DNA of 64,000 nucleotides from Octopus sinensis (Eukaryota): assembly GCF_006345805.1 (NCBI RefSeq), contig NC_043021.1, forward strand, positions 11,222,001 to 11,286,000, written 5' to 3'. The translations under genes were made by a program, and so were the position numbers. Below the pieces are notes generated by a model, which saw only the letters and a list, made by a program, of their open reading frames with translations, was not told the origin of the DNA and did not search any database. This document shows positions 1-12,715 of the stretch, in pieces (within the stretch, counting starts at the first letter, position 1; each line of letters opens with the position of its first letter).

Positions 1-284
1 CCTCTGTTTTGCCTGTTCGAGAGGCACATGTTTGGGAGTACAAAAAGAGAGTACAAAAAGAGATCCAGCATGGCCAGTACACGAAGAAAACTGAGCAGAA
101 TGTAAATAGACGAAGAAGAATCGCAACACTTGCTGACGGAACATGACTGGAGGTTTTGAAAAACGAGGGCTATTTGATGAAAGAACGATGCGGCTGTGGT
201 GAAGAAAGAATTGGTCGCATTGTCTGTTGTTCTGCTGATTCATAGCCAAGACAAATTTGCTACTTACATACGCTACGAGTAGTT

Positions 285-496
285 TTTTCTACTGGAAGCA
301 CAAGACCTGAAATTTGGGGAAAGGGATTAAGTCAATTACATCGACCCCAATGCGTAACTGGTACTTATTCAATCGAACCCGAAAGGACGAAAGGCAAGGT
401 CGCCTCGGCGGAATTTGAACTCAGAACATAGCTGCGGGCGAAATACCGCTAAGTATTTCGCCCGGTGTGCTAACGATTCTGCCAGCTCGCCACCTT
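285..496 (-). mobile_element. tRNA-derived SINE, family B (head aaggcggcgagctggcagaa...gagttcaaattcc)
   Basis: Pol III A/B-box-like head. Further copies at 3219-3615, 12720-13265, 21246-21650, 27470-27610, 36885-37470, 48870-49580, 53360-53870, 57720-57860 and 63510-63735. Confidence 0.9.
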
Positions 497-1677
497 ACAT
501 ACACTACAAGTAATGTCAGCATTATTAAATACCGACAAAAAAGAGAGCTTGAGGTCCGGTTGTTAAAAGTATGCAGTTCGGGTGGTGGAGGGCATTGTAG
601 AGCCTAGAGTTAAACACTTGTTTGTGTGTTAGGGTAGTTTATTAACTTGTCTTTAATATTCGCAGGATCTTAAGGATGGTGCCGGAGATTAAAAACTTGT
701 TGGAACCTGGGAAGTTAAGTGTTGTTTCTAAACACAAGGGACAGATGTTGAATTTCTCGTATTTCTGGTAATAAAAGACAGAGGGTCGGGCCTTAAATGT
801 ATGCAGTTCGGGTTTCAATAAAGAGCTTCGGATCATAAACGTATGTTATCCGGGTGTTACAACGTATGAGGGTCGGGTGTTAAATGCATGCAGTCAGGTG
901 ATAAACGTATATAGCCCAGATTAAAGCGCTTAAACTTCGGGGTGTTAAAAGTATGTGGTTTGGGTGTTTGAATGTTTGAATGTTTGAGAATTGTGCGTTT
1001 ATGTGAACCGGAAGTTAGTGTATAAGAATCAAATTTTCAATATGTCTGACGAAGAAAATATCAGCGAAAAGCCAGACGTCCTGTCTAAGCTAGAATAAAT
1101 GGCCCCTGGCAAAAAAAAAAAAAAAAATTGTGTGCAAAATTGGGTCGGGTGTAATTTGAACGCAGTGCTTAGCCTTCAGGTATAAACTAAACGCCACAAA
1201 TCGATTTTAATTTGTTATTCGCATCTCACGACTTTCGCCGCAAGACGACCTTTTAAATTAATCCTGTATTAAAACCTATAGCCTTCAACTCGAAATAATT
1301 TAGGTGTGTGTCTGCGCGCGTGCGCATGTGTGTGTGTTTGTTTGTTTGTTTGTGTGTGTGTGTGTGTATTTGCTGTCAGGAATGTTTATGGCACAATAAA
1401 ATACTGGAGATTACAGGCAGAATGCTGTTTTAAAGATGCATATGCATACACAGAAATGCGCACACCTCACAAACATACACACATACATACGTACATACAT
1501 ACATACATACATACAAACATACAAACATACATACATACACACATACATACATACAAACATACAAACATACACATATACATACAAACATACATACATACAT
1601 ACATACAAACATACAAACATACACACATGCATACATACATACATACATACATACATACAAACATACATACAAACATA

Positions 1678-1708
<31 letters not shown>

Positions 1709-1904
1709 GATATACACGTACATACACACATACATACGTACAAGCATGCATTCATACATACATACATACACACACATACACGCACGCACACATCAATTTA
1801 AATACACAACGGAAAAATCTGCTAATAGTTCCATGCCATTATGATACTTGAACAGGCATATTTATAAGATATGCCATATATCGTAAAGCAAATTTTCAGG
1901 CTCA

Positions 1905-1936
<32 letters not shown>

Positions 1937-1937
<1 letters not shown>

Positions 1938-2356
1938 CAGGAGTGGCTGTGTGGTAAGTAGCTTGCTGACCAACCACATGGTTCCGGGTTCAGTCCCACT
2001 GCGTGGCATCTTGGCCAAGTGTCTTCTGCTATAGCCCCAGGCCGACCAATGCCTTGTGAGTGGATTTGGTAGACGGAAACTGAAAGAAGCCCGTCGTATA
2101 TATGTATATATATATGTGTGTGTGTGTGTGTACGTGTTCGTGTGTCTGTGTTTGTACCCCCAACATTGCTTGACAACCGATGCTGGTGTGTTTATGTCTC
2201 CGTAACTTAGCGGTTTGGCAAAAAAGACCGATGGAATATGTACTGGGCTTACAAAGAATAAGTCCCGGGGTCGACTTGCTCGTCTAAAGGCGGTGCTCCA
2301 GCATGGCCACAGTCAAATGACTGAAACAATTAAAAGAGTTAAAAGAGTAAAGAGTA
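1937..2356 (+). mobile_element. Full-length CORE-like SINE, family A (gcaggagtggctgtgtggtaag ... aaaagagta) with an internal TA/TG microsatellite
   Basis: tRNA-like head, CORE-like ggcatcttggccaagtgtctt and (taaaagag)n tail. About 20 copies or fragments, e.g. 19362-19766(-), 23978-24240, 31878-32290, 41699-42125(-), 50824-51218(-), 57490-57645, 60225-60510(-), 62020-62420. Confidence 0.9.
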
Positions 2357-2647
2357 TATATATATATATATATATATATATGCAATTAGAAATCGATACA
2401 TTATTTACATTTGACGGATATTTGTCCTCATCTTGTTTGTTAACATCAAACATGATGAGGACAAATATCCGTCAAATGTAAATAATGTAAATACTGTACA
2501 TAATTCCTCATCACTTAAATATAGAACTGTATAAATTGACAGGTGAAAGGAATGGAAAAGATTGCAGCCGTAATATCGAAAATTCCATCTGATTCGATAT
2601 GGACCGAAGTGTAAAATATACGTTGAATTATAAACTTTGTCGATCGA

Positions 2648-2684
<37 letters not shown>

Positions 2685-3218
2685 GTGATGATAATAATAA
2701 TAATAATAATAATGATTATGATGATGATGATTATGATGATGATGATTATGATGATGATGATTATGATGATGATGATTATGATTATGATGATAATTTAGTT
2801 TATTTTAATAGTTATTACACTTCGCTGGAATCAACCTGTTAAATACCAGAGCAGCCTTCACATGGATTAACGAGATAAATTTTTTGGTGCATTTTGTGGT
2901 TTAGATAATCCGTGGTCGTCTGTTTATTATGCACACAAATGTGCACGCTAGACACAAGGTCGAGCCTGTATATTTGTGTGCATGCGTTCGAGTGTGTATA
3001 CATGTATCTACACACACAAACACATACACATACACACACATACATGTATGCATTTATGTATGTGTGTATTTGTTTTGTATCTGACTGATGCCCTCTTTTA
3101 GCTACTCTGAAAAAAAAAAGACGAAGAGGAAAGATGACCACGTTAGGAATTGAACTCAGGACGTAAAGAGATGGAAGAAAAACCGCAAAGCAGTTTGTCA
3201 GATTCTCTAACGATCTTA

Positions 3219-3615
3219 AGGCGGCGAGCTGGCAGAAACGTTAGCAGGCCGGGCGAAACGCGTATCCGTATTTCGTCTGCCGTTACGTTCTGAGTTCAAA
3301 TTCCGCCGAGGTCGACTTTGCCTTTCATCCTTTCGGGGTCGATTAAATAAGTACCAGTTACGCACTGGGGTCGATATAATCGACTTAATCCGTTTGTCTG
3401 ACCTTGTTTATCCTCTCTATTTTTAGCCCCTTGTGGGTAGTAAAGAAATAAGTATTTCGTCTATCTTTATGTTCTGAGTTCAAATTCCGCCGAGGTCGAC
3501 TTTGTCTTTCACTCTTTAGGGGGTCGATAAATTAAGTACCAGTTGCGTACTGGGGTCGATCTAATCGTCTGGCACCCTACACCAAAATTTCGGACCTTGT
3601 GCCCAGAGTTGAAAA
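3219..3615 (+). mobile_element. Family B SINE with an internal partial duplication and an 18-bp TSD, inserted into an older SINE
   Basis: gattctctaacgatctta occurs at 3201-3218 and 3616-3633. Confidence 0.9.
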
Positions 3616-3835
3616 GATTCTCTAACGATCTTACCAATCTTGGAACCCACGAACATAAGAAAGACAAGAAACTACACTTAAGCGTCTCCGCGCGCGCACA
3701 CACACACACACACAAACACACATTCACTCACGCACACAAACACACACACACGCACACGCATACCGGAGGTCAACGATTGACAGAGATGGTGGATACCAAA
3801 AAGGCGAATCGAGTACAAAGGTTGACAAAAACATT

Positions 3836-5095
3836 CGACGGGGTACCCCAAAGTAACCAGAAACCTTCTCTGTAGGACAGGTCCTTTTTAGTTCAGGCTC
3901 CCGCTTCTGGAAGCCACTTGATGCGGCTCTCAGGCATTAGTATGCTGATCGGCGTCGTCAGGTGTGGTCCTAGTGTCATGTGGGGCGTTTTTGTTTTGCA
4001 GCGCTTCTCTCCTCTTGTGATGGCTGAAAGGAAGGAACAGCGTACTTCTGTGAAATTCTGTCTCCTGCTGGAGAAAACGGCGTCCGAAACAGTTGTCATG
4101 CTTCAAACAGCTTACAAGGACGCTGCGATGAGCAAAACACAAGTGGCTTGAAGACTGTCGGACTCCTGAACGTATGAAAATCTCTTGAAAATTCTCGAAC
4201 TGGTCTTGGAGGACCGTCACCGAACAATTGATGAATTTGTTGATATGACTGGTTTGTTCTGGATCTCCTCCCAAACAATTTTGAGCGAGGAACTGCGAAT
4301 GAAAAGAGTTGCAGCAAAATTTGTGCCTTGCTTACTCACGGATGATCAAAAGCGGTCACGACTGAATGCATGTCGTGAACTGAAAGAATAGTTGGAAGTT
4401 GATCCGGATCTTTTTTCGAAGGTCATCACTAGTCACGAAAGCTGATGCTACGGCTACGATCCGAAAACGAAGCGGAAATCAAGTCAATGGAAGTACTCAA
4501 TGTTCCCAATGCCCCCAAAAGCGCTTCAGGTGAAGTCCAATGTCAGGACGATGCTGATTTTTTTCATCGATGCGAAAAGGATTGTCCACACAAGTTGTTC
4601 CTGGTCAAACTGTTAACCAGACATTTTACTTGGAAGTTGTGAAGCGTTTGCGAGACGCAGTGAGACGAAAACACCCCGACCAGTGGCAAAGAAGAGAGTG
4701 GTGGTTTCATCATGACAATGCTCCTGTGCACACTGCTTTGAGTGCAAGACAGTTTTTGACCAAATATGGCATGGCCCCGCTTACTCACTCTCCCTATTCA
4801 CCCGATCTTGCTCTCTGCGATTTTTTTCTTTTTTGTTACTCCGAATAAAAAAAAAGTCCTTAAAGGAAAACGTTTTGTAGATTTGGAAGAAATGAAGAAA
4901 AAATGACGGAGGCAACATTTCACAAGGCATCACTTCGCAAGAGTTCCTGGACTGCTTCGAACAGTAGAAAACGTATCTGGACCGATGCATTGCTTCAAAT
5001 GGAGAATACTTTAAAGGCGATAAAAGTGTAAACATGTAAAACTAGGTGAATAAAATAATATCGCAAAATTCCCATTTCTTTTGAGTACCCTCTCG
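3836..5095 (+). mobile_element. Decayed full-length mariner (DD34D) DNA transposon
   Basis: Imperfect TIRs (cgacggggtaccccaaag / ttttgagtaccctctcg). Frameshifted transposase motifs EQRTSVKFC, AAKFVP, HHDNAPVH and HSPYSPDLALCDFFLF. Confidence 0.92.
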
Positions 5096-5991
5096 CACAT
5101 CTTGTATGACTGTTACATATATCTTTTTTTTAAATCTCGGTTCCTTTTCTATACAGTCATTTACTCCTCTTTTAGAAACTCACTACATAACATAGAGGGT
5201 GGCAATGGCGGCGGAGATAAACCGAAAGTGAAAGTAGAACAATAAAATAGGACATTAAGGTAGTTTGTGTGTTTGTGTATTTGTGTCTCTGTATATGTGT
5301 GTGTGTTTACATTCAATGTGACAATAAAAAGGTGTAATGTTATTAGTATATATACTTGGTAGTTGGCGTATATTGTGTGTATATATATATTTATATATGT
5401 ATATTGTATGTATGTATGTATATATATATATATATATATATTAATTAGAGACAAAACCACTATTTTGCAAATCAAACAAGGAAAGGCTTAATCAATACAT
5501 AAAAAAATTTTAATATAAAGTAAATAAATTATTTACTTTATATTAAATTTTTTTAATGTATTGATTAAGCCTTTCCTTGTTTGATTTGCAAAATAGTGGT
5601 TTTGTCTCTAATTAATATTATATAATATTTTACTATAAAATCGGATTCAATCCTAAATCTGATTTTCCCCTGTAAATTTGGATTTATTCCCTAATATTTA
5701 TTATTATATACATATATATATATATGTATATTGTATATATATATAATTTATGTATGTATGTATGCATGTATGTTTATATATGTGTATATGTGTGTAGGTA
5801 TATCTATCTATCTGTCTGTCTGTCTATTTCTCTTTTTAAAGCAGTCCTTAAGCACAGACATGTTGGAAATAGCGGTCAAATTTTATAATTTAAATCCTAT
5901 CATACTATCTTAAAAACAAAACATAACAAAAACAAGTAGGCAACAACAATAGCAACAGAAGACGACAGCAACCACCACCACCACCACCACC

Positions 5992-6049
<58 letters not shown>

Positions 6050-6071
6050 GTGTAACGACCTTAGTTATTAC

Positions 6072-6173
6072 TTCAGGGAGACGACGACCTTCTTTGCCTG
6101 ATACGAGACCCTGGATCACCTGACTCCAGTTGTCAGTGCCTCCTTCAGGCCCCTGTCCAGGTTTATCGATCTC
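6072..6173 (-). CDS. Exon of an unidentified gene (102 nt, phase 0): EIDKPGQGPEGGTDNWSQVIQGLVSGKEGRRLPE
   Basis: Acceptor (tg)n-tgcag|GAG, donor GAA|gtaata. GC-rich unique island between two microsatellites; joins in frame to 6919-7010. Confidence 0.62.
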
Positions 6174-6225
<52 letters not shown>

Positions 6226-6918
6226 CACACACACACACACGAATCCCATATTAAAATACCAGATTAACAGTTGGCAGGGGGATAATAATTTTAAGTAGGA
6301 GGAACAGGTAATGCGATACTAAGCCTTGTTTGGCAACCATCAGCACATGCTATCCCAGTTAAAAGCACCGGTTTGGTGATGGAGTTTATTTCGCTCGCAT
6401 CTGTCTTTTATCTTTTACGTGCTTCAGTCTTTGGATTTCGGCCATGCTGGAGCACTGCCTTTTAAGGGTTTTTAGTCGAATAAATCACTGTCCCCACCAC
6501 TCCAGTATACTCTTTGCTCTCTTTACTCTTTTACTTGTTTCAGTCATTTCAATGCGGCCTTGCGAGTGGATTTGGTAGACGGAAACTGAAAGAAGCCCGT
6601 CGTATATATGTATATGTATATATATGTGTGTGGTGTCTGTGTTTATCACCCTAACATCGCTTGACAGCCAATGCTGGTGTGCTTATGTTCCCCGTAACTT
6701 AGCAGTTCGGCAAAAGAGACCGATAGAATAAGTACTAGGCTTACAAAGAATAAGTCCTGGGGGTCGATGTGCTCGACTAAAGGCGGTGCTCCAGCATGGC
6801 CGCAGTCAAATGACTGAAACAAGTAAAAGAATAAGAGTAAACGTTGAAATACCTCGGGGAGGGAGGGAGAGTCCTGCTTAACAGCAAAGACTCTTGGTGG
6901 TGTTTGAGTCAACCTTAC

Positions 6919-7010
6919 CAAAATTCTTCTTAGGAACGTTTCTTTGTGTGGTTCTACGCGATTGTTAGATCTGCGGCGGGAAATTCTGATGTCTCTCTTG
7001 AATTTGGTGA
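6919..7010 (-). CDS. Exon of an unidentified gene (92 nt, phase 1 to 0): TKFKRDIRISRRRSNNRVEPHKETFLRRIL
   Basis: Acceptor gctcatttctag|TC, strong donor TTG|gtaagg. Unique sequence between a microsatellite and a SINE; the other two frames are closed. Confidence 0.7.
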
Positions 7011-7023
7011 CTAGAAATGAGCA

Positions 7024-7090
<67 letters not shown>

Positions 7091-7401
7091 TTACTACTAC
7101 CACAACCACCACCACCACCACCACCACCACAACCATCACCACCACAATCATCACAGCTACCACACCTCCACAACCACCACCACCACCACCATCACAACCG
7201 CCATCACCACCACCACCACCATCACCATTATCAGAACCATCACCACCACAACCGCCATTACTACCACCCCACCATCACACTACTACTACTACTACTACTA
7301 CTACTATACTACTACTACCACTACTACTACTACTACTACTGCTGCTGCTGTTGCTGCTGCTTTTGAGAACCTATGAGAGTTAACCGTATCACAGGGAAGA
7401 G

Positions 7402-7460
<59 letters not shown>

Positions 7461-9435
7461 AAGAAAGAAAGGAAGACAGACTCGGAGAGAAAAGCAGGGA
7501 GCAGAAACAGACAGATCGATGCATCTTTAGGCCCTACACCCCACTGAAGAGGACGACTGGATTTGATCTATCTTTCCCGCCAAAAGTATTGAAAGACTGA
7601 GCCGCCACCCTAACCACTTGGCCCTAGTAGTCTCCCCACACACAGAGCTGTCTTAAAGCATAAGCACTCTGGGAAACAGCCCGGGGGTTTCACAGTCCCC
7701 AGGGGTCCAATTTGGATCTATGCATGCTGTTGCTTGCGGGCAATAAGTAAATATACTATAGGACTAATTAGTGGAGGTGTATGGCGTAGTGGTTAGAGTG
7801 TTGGACGCATGATCGTAAGATTGCAGTTTCGATTCCTGGACTGGGTGGTGTGTTGTGTCCTTGAGCAAAACACTTAATTTCACGTTGCTCCAGTCCACTC
7901 AGCTGGCAACGGCAACGGACCAGGTGAGGAATATATACGCCATTGGATTTGGGAAACCGGCCCTCATGAGCCTGATATGGCTCAAGAAGGAAACATCTAT
8001 TTGTGGAGGCGTGTGGCTTAGCAACTTCAGGGTAGGTGTGGAGTTCTCCTGTCCTGCAAAGCAATTCACCCAGGAGAAAGGTACAATTATCTTCTCGAGT
8101 CACGCCAACTGATATGGGCCGGTTTCCCGGTTTCTATGGGGGTATATATATCCCACCTGGACGATATGCCGGTCCGTCGCAGGGTTACTAACTTTTGCCA
8201 GTGGACTGGTTGCAACGTGAAATGAAGTGTTTAGCTCAAGAAAACAACGCGTCGCCTGGTCCAGGAATCGAAACCACAATCTTACGATCATGAGTCCAAC
8301 ACGCTAACCCCTAAGCCACACGCCACCCACTTTAAACTCGTGAGGACCCCAAGCAAATCAGTGCAATTGGTCGCGTGGTTATGGTTAATCCCCATTACTC
8401 GTTAAAAAAAACAGGGCTGGTTTCGTGGTTTCCATAGTGTATGTATTCCTCCCTGGTCAGAACACCGGTCTGTCGCAGGATTCCTCATTTTTGCCAGCTG
8501 AGTAGACTGGAGCAACGTGAAATGAAGTGTTTTGGTCAAGGACACAACGCATCGCCCAGTCCAGGAATCGAAACCACAATCTTAGGATCATGTGTCCAAC
8601 ACCCTAACCACCAAGCCACACGCCTCCACAAATAGATGTTTCCTTCTTGAGCCATTCCAGACTCATGAGGGCCGGTTTCCCGGATCCAATCGCGTACATA
8701 TTCCTCAATTGGACGGGATGCCATACGCCTCCTTAACCTAACTTTTATTTTTACCTCGCTAGTCTAGGGCCCCAATTCTACTCTATGCCCGCTGTGACTT
8801 GCTATCAATAAGCAGATACTATAGCGCCCAGTGCATTGATCTGCCCGGGGTAAAGGTTATAATGCTGCTAAGATAGCCCTGTTTATACACAAAAGCGAAA
8901 ACAAGGACAATGTCAGAGATAGAGAGAATCTGCAGCCAAAGTATATAAACGGGAATACGAGGGTCACCGTGTTAGGGGTTACCTTGTTACACGATCAGCT
9001 GGCTAGCTGGGCCGTGGTCAGCTAAGGACCGTAACGTTGGGTAGAGAACACAGTAAAACTTGGGTCTCTGATCACCTAGCCACTGCATTATCGGATGACA
9101 ATTGATTATCTAGTAACTGGATTATGGCATTAACGTGTAACCGGGTTATCGTCCTGAAAAAAAATAGAAGAGTTGCTCCGTACTTGTTACATAACTTAAA
9201 AGTCTGTTGAGAGTGGTATGAGAAGGTATAAGCAATCGGTTTTTAGATAGACGAAGAGGAGGGTCGAGGAAAGAGAAAAATGTATGCGTGAGGCGTGAGT
9301 GTGATGTGTGAATGTGTTTGTGTGTATGTGTGTGTATATTATATAAATTTGATTCAGCTGCAAGAAACTTAAAGTTACATACATACCTACCTACATACAT
9401 ATATATGTATGTGTGTATATGTATATATATATTAT

Positions 9436-9466
<31 letters not shown>

Positions 9467-9974
9467 TTGCAATATTTGCAACTTTTAATAAAGCCTGTCT
9501 TTGTATGAAACAATTGTACTAAAAACTAATCCATTCTTGTTGCTTCTTTTTCTCGTATATATTTATATATATAAAATAAATGAGCCCTTTTAAAGCCTAG
9601 CCAGGCTCATGGGCCTGGTTTCCCGGTTTCAATGGCATATGTGTTCCCAAGCTGGACGGGACGTCAGTCCATCGCAGCGTTACTCATTTTTGCCAGCTGA
9701 GTGGACTGGAGCAACGTGAAATGAAGTGTTTTGCTCAAGAACACAATGCGTCGCCCGGTCCAGGAATCGAAACCACAATCTTACGATCATGATGCTGACA
9801 CCCTAACCACTAAGCCACGCGCCTCCACACACACACACACACATACACACACACACACACACATATTTATATATAAATATATATATATACATATACATAT
9901 ACACGTGTGTGTATGTTTACACATAGCGGTAACTCAGCATGCCTATAATTCCTTGCTGAAACTGATAATAGAAT

Positions 9975-10055
<81 letters not shown>

Positions 10056-10477
10056 GCAACTGTATATTGGGTATCCTAGCAGCACACTGGTATTCTGATT
10101 AAGGGTAATATTGGCCTGTTCGCCTAGCCAGCTGGGTGGCATCATTTGAAGACTGAAATTCGCTCCGTAATTGCTCATAGACGATACAAAAAAAACAAGG
10201 ACAGGTCATTCGAGGTTTTCTTTCCTCGGTCAAGTACCAGATTATCTTCGCAATTTTGGCTGATTATACTTGAGATTGCTCCAATCTGGCCAGCCCCAAG
10301 GAAAAAATTAGCTAAGAGGATTGGATTCCTTGGAAGAAAGCAGCGAATGTATACAAAAACAAGGACGGAAAAAAAAAAAAAAAGAACAAGGTTACACGGC
10401 TGTGTGGTAAGTAGCTTGCTTACCAACCACATGGTTCTGGGTTCAGTCCCACTGCATGGCACCTTGGGTAAGTGTCT

Positions 10478-10577
10478 NNNNNNNNNNNNNNNNNNNNNNN
10501 NNNNNNNNNNNNNNNNNNNNNNNNNNNNNNNNNNNNNNNNNNNNNNNNNNNNNNNNNNNNNNNNNNNNNNNNNNNNN
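10478..10577. other. Assembly gap (100 N)
   Basis: Run of N truncating a SINE, followed by a (GAAA)n tract. Confidence 1.
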
Positions 10578-10661
10578 GAAAGAAGGAAAGAAAGAAGGAA
10601 AGAAAGAAGGAAAGAAAGAAAGAAGGAAGAAAGAAAGAAGAAAGAAAGAAAGAAAAAAAAG

Positions 10662-10700
<39 letters not shown>

Positions 10701-10865
10701 AGGAAAGATGGGGAAAAAAAAGAAGGAAAGAAAGAAATGAAGGAAAACAGCCAGCGAAGATGTTGAAAATATTCCGGCACAGAATTTAAACATTTACATC
10801 AATTAGTAGATGTAGGAACTATAAACAATAGAGACTGGTAGGTGGGGGGGGGGGTCGGTGGTGAC

Positions 10866-10907
<42 letters not shown>

Positions 10908-10910
10908 AAA

Positions 10911-10949
<39 letters not shown>

Positions 10950-10967
10950 AAAGATGATGATGATGAT

Positions 10968-11002
<35 letters not shown>

Positions 11003-11005
11003 AAA

Positions 11006-11038
<33 letters not shown>

Positions 11039-11071
11039 AAAGATGATGATGATGATGATGATGATGATAAA

Positions 11072-11116
<45 letters not shown>

Positions 11117-12239
11117 AAAGATGATGATGATGATGATGATGATGATGATAAAGATGATGAAGGCAGTGGTGGTGGTGGTGGTGGTGGGTGGTGGTGGTGA
11201 CGTTGGTGGTTGTTGTTCATTATATGGTCTGTGTGTGTATGTGTGTGTGTGTGTGTGTCTGTGTGTCAGCGTACGCGGGTGCGTGTGGATATGTGTGCGT
11301 AGGCAAAATTTTTATTTCGCTTGAAAGTTTGTAACGATTGAAATGTATATTAACTCTCTTACTCTGTTACTCTTTTACTCTTTTATTCTTTTACTTGTTT
11401 CAGTCATGTGACTGCGGCCATGCTGGAGCACCGGCTTTTTTGGTCGAAAACAAATCGACCCCAGGGACTTATTCTTTGGAAGCCTAGTACTTATTCTATC
11501 GGTCTTTATTGCATCACAGACACACAAACATACACACACACACACATGCATATATAATATAATATATATATATATATTATACGACGGCTTCTTTCAGTTT
11601 CCGCTACCGAATCCACTCACAAGGCTTGTAAGTGGATTCGATAGACGGAAACTGAAAGAACCCGTCGTAATATATATGTGTGTGTTGGTGTCTGCGTTTA
11701 TCTCCCATTACCGCTTGACAACCAGTGTTGGTATGTTTATGTCTCCGTAACTTAGCGGTTCAGCAAAAGAGGCTGACAAAATAAGTACTAGGTTTAAATA
11801 AAAAAATAAGACTTGGGGTCGATCTGTTTAACTGAAACTCCTTAAGGCGGTGCTCTAGCATGACCGCAGTCAAATGACTGAAACAAGTAAAAGAATAAAC
11901 GAATAAAATAATATATATATAATAAAAGAATGATATATATATATATGTGTGTGTGTGTTGTGTGTGTGTGTGTGTGTGTGTGTACGTATGTATGTATATA
12001 TCTATGTGTGCGTGTATGTGTGTGTTTCTGTGACTGTGTTGTTTCCACCACCACCAAACTTGACAACCGGTGTTGGTGTGCTTACGTCCCCGTAACTTAG
12101 CGATAGAATAAGTACTAGGCTTAAAAATAAATTTTTTTAATTGCGTTCGATTCGTTTGCCTAAGATTCTTCAATCTGGTGCCCCAGCATGGCCGCAGTCT
12201 GAAGGCTGAAACAAGTTAAAAGAAGAAAGACTAAAGATT

Positions 12240-12715
12240 GATTTGGGAAAAAAGAACGACTGATTCAACGAAAAAGATGATTGAATAGCTGAGTTCGAAC
12301 AGGGATACTTACAAACATGTTAAACAGAAATCTTACGAAACCTACGGTACGGTACTTGAAGCAATTCTTGGAAAAATACCAAACAGGAAATCTCTAGGAC
12401 TTAGATCTTATTACAGGATATTGGTTTTTAAAAAAATCTCAACTTCTGTTGGAGTGATTTAATAAGATTGTTTGGGAGGAGTGTCAAGGGCACATTAAAC
12501 GTATCCGTATAGCTGTCAACTCTGTCACACTTCTTATCCTCAAAAATGGCCAGACCGCCGAATCTAAAAATTACTGTCAAAACATCATGTATAAGATGTA
12601 CGCAGGCTGCCTCAAACTATTTCTATAGGATTAGCGTACCACCAACCATATTATAACTCCTGAACAAGCTAGAAGAAAGAAGGAAGTGTGGGGCGCATTG
12701 AAGACCTACTAATTA
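12240..12715 (+). mobile_element. Highly decayed R4/Dong-like non-LTR RT fragment
   Basis: Frameshifted remnants resembling KSPG.D.ITGYW, ITC.NIMYKMY.GCL and ITPEQA.RKK.VWG..E.LLIN. Confidence 0.6.

Noticed and set aside
1046-1070. CTGACGA...GAAA hammerhead-like core
   Set aside because: No stem II pairing or stem I/III complementarity.
8795-9191. Solo LTR (TGTGAC...GTTACA)
   Set aside because: Termini are suggestive, but there is no matching TSD at either candidate end.
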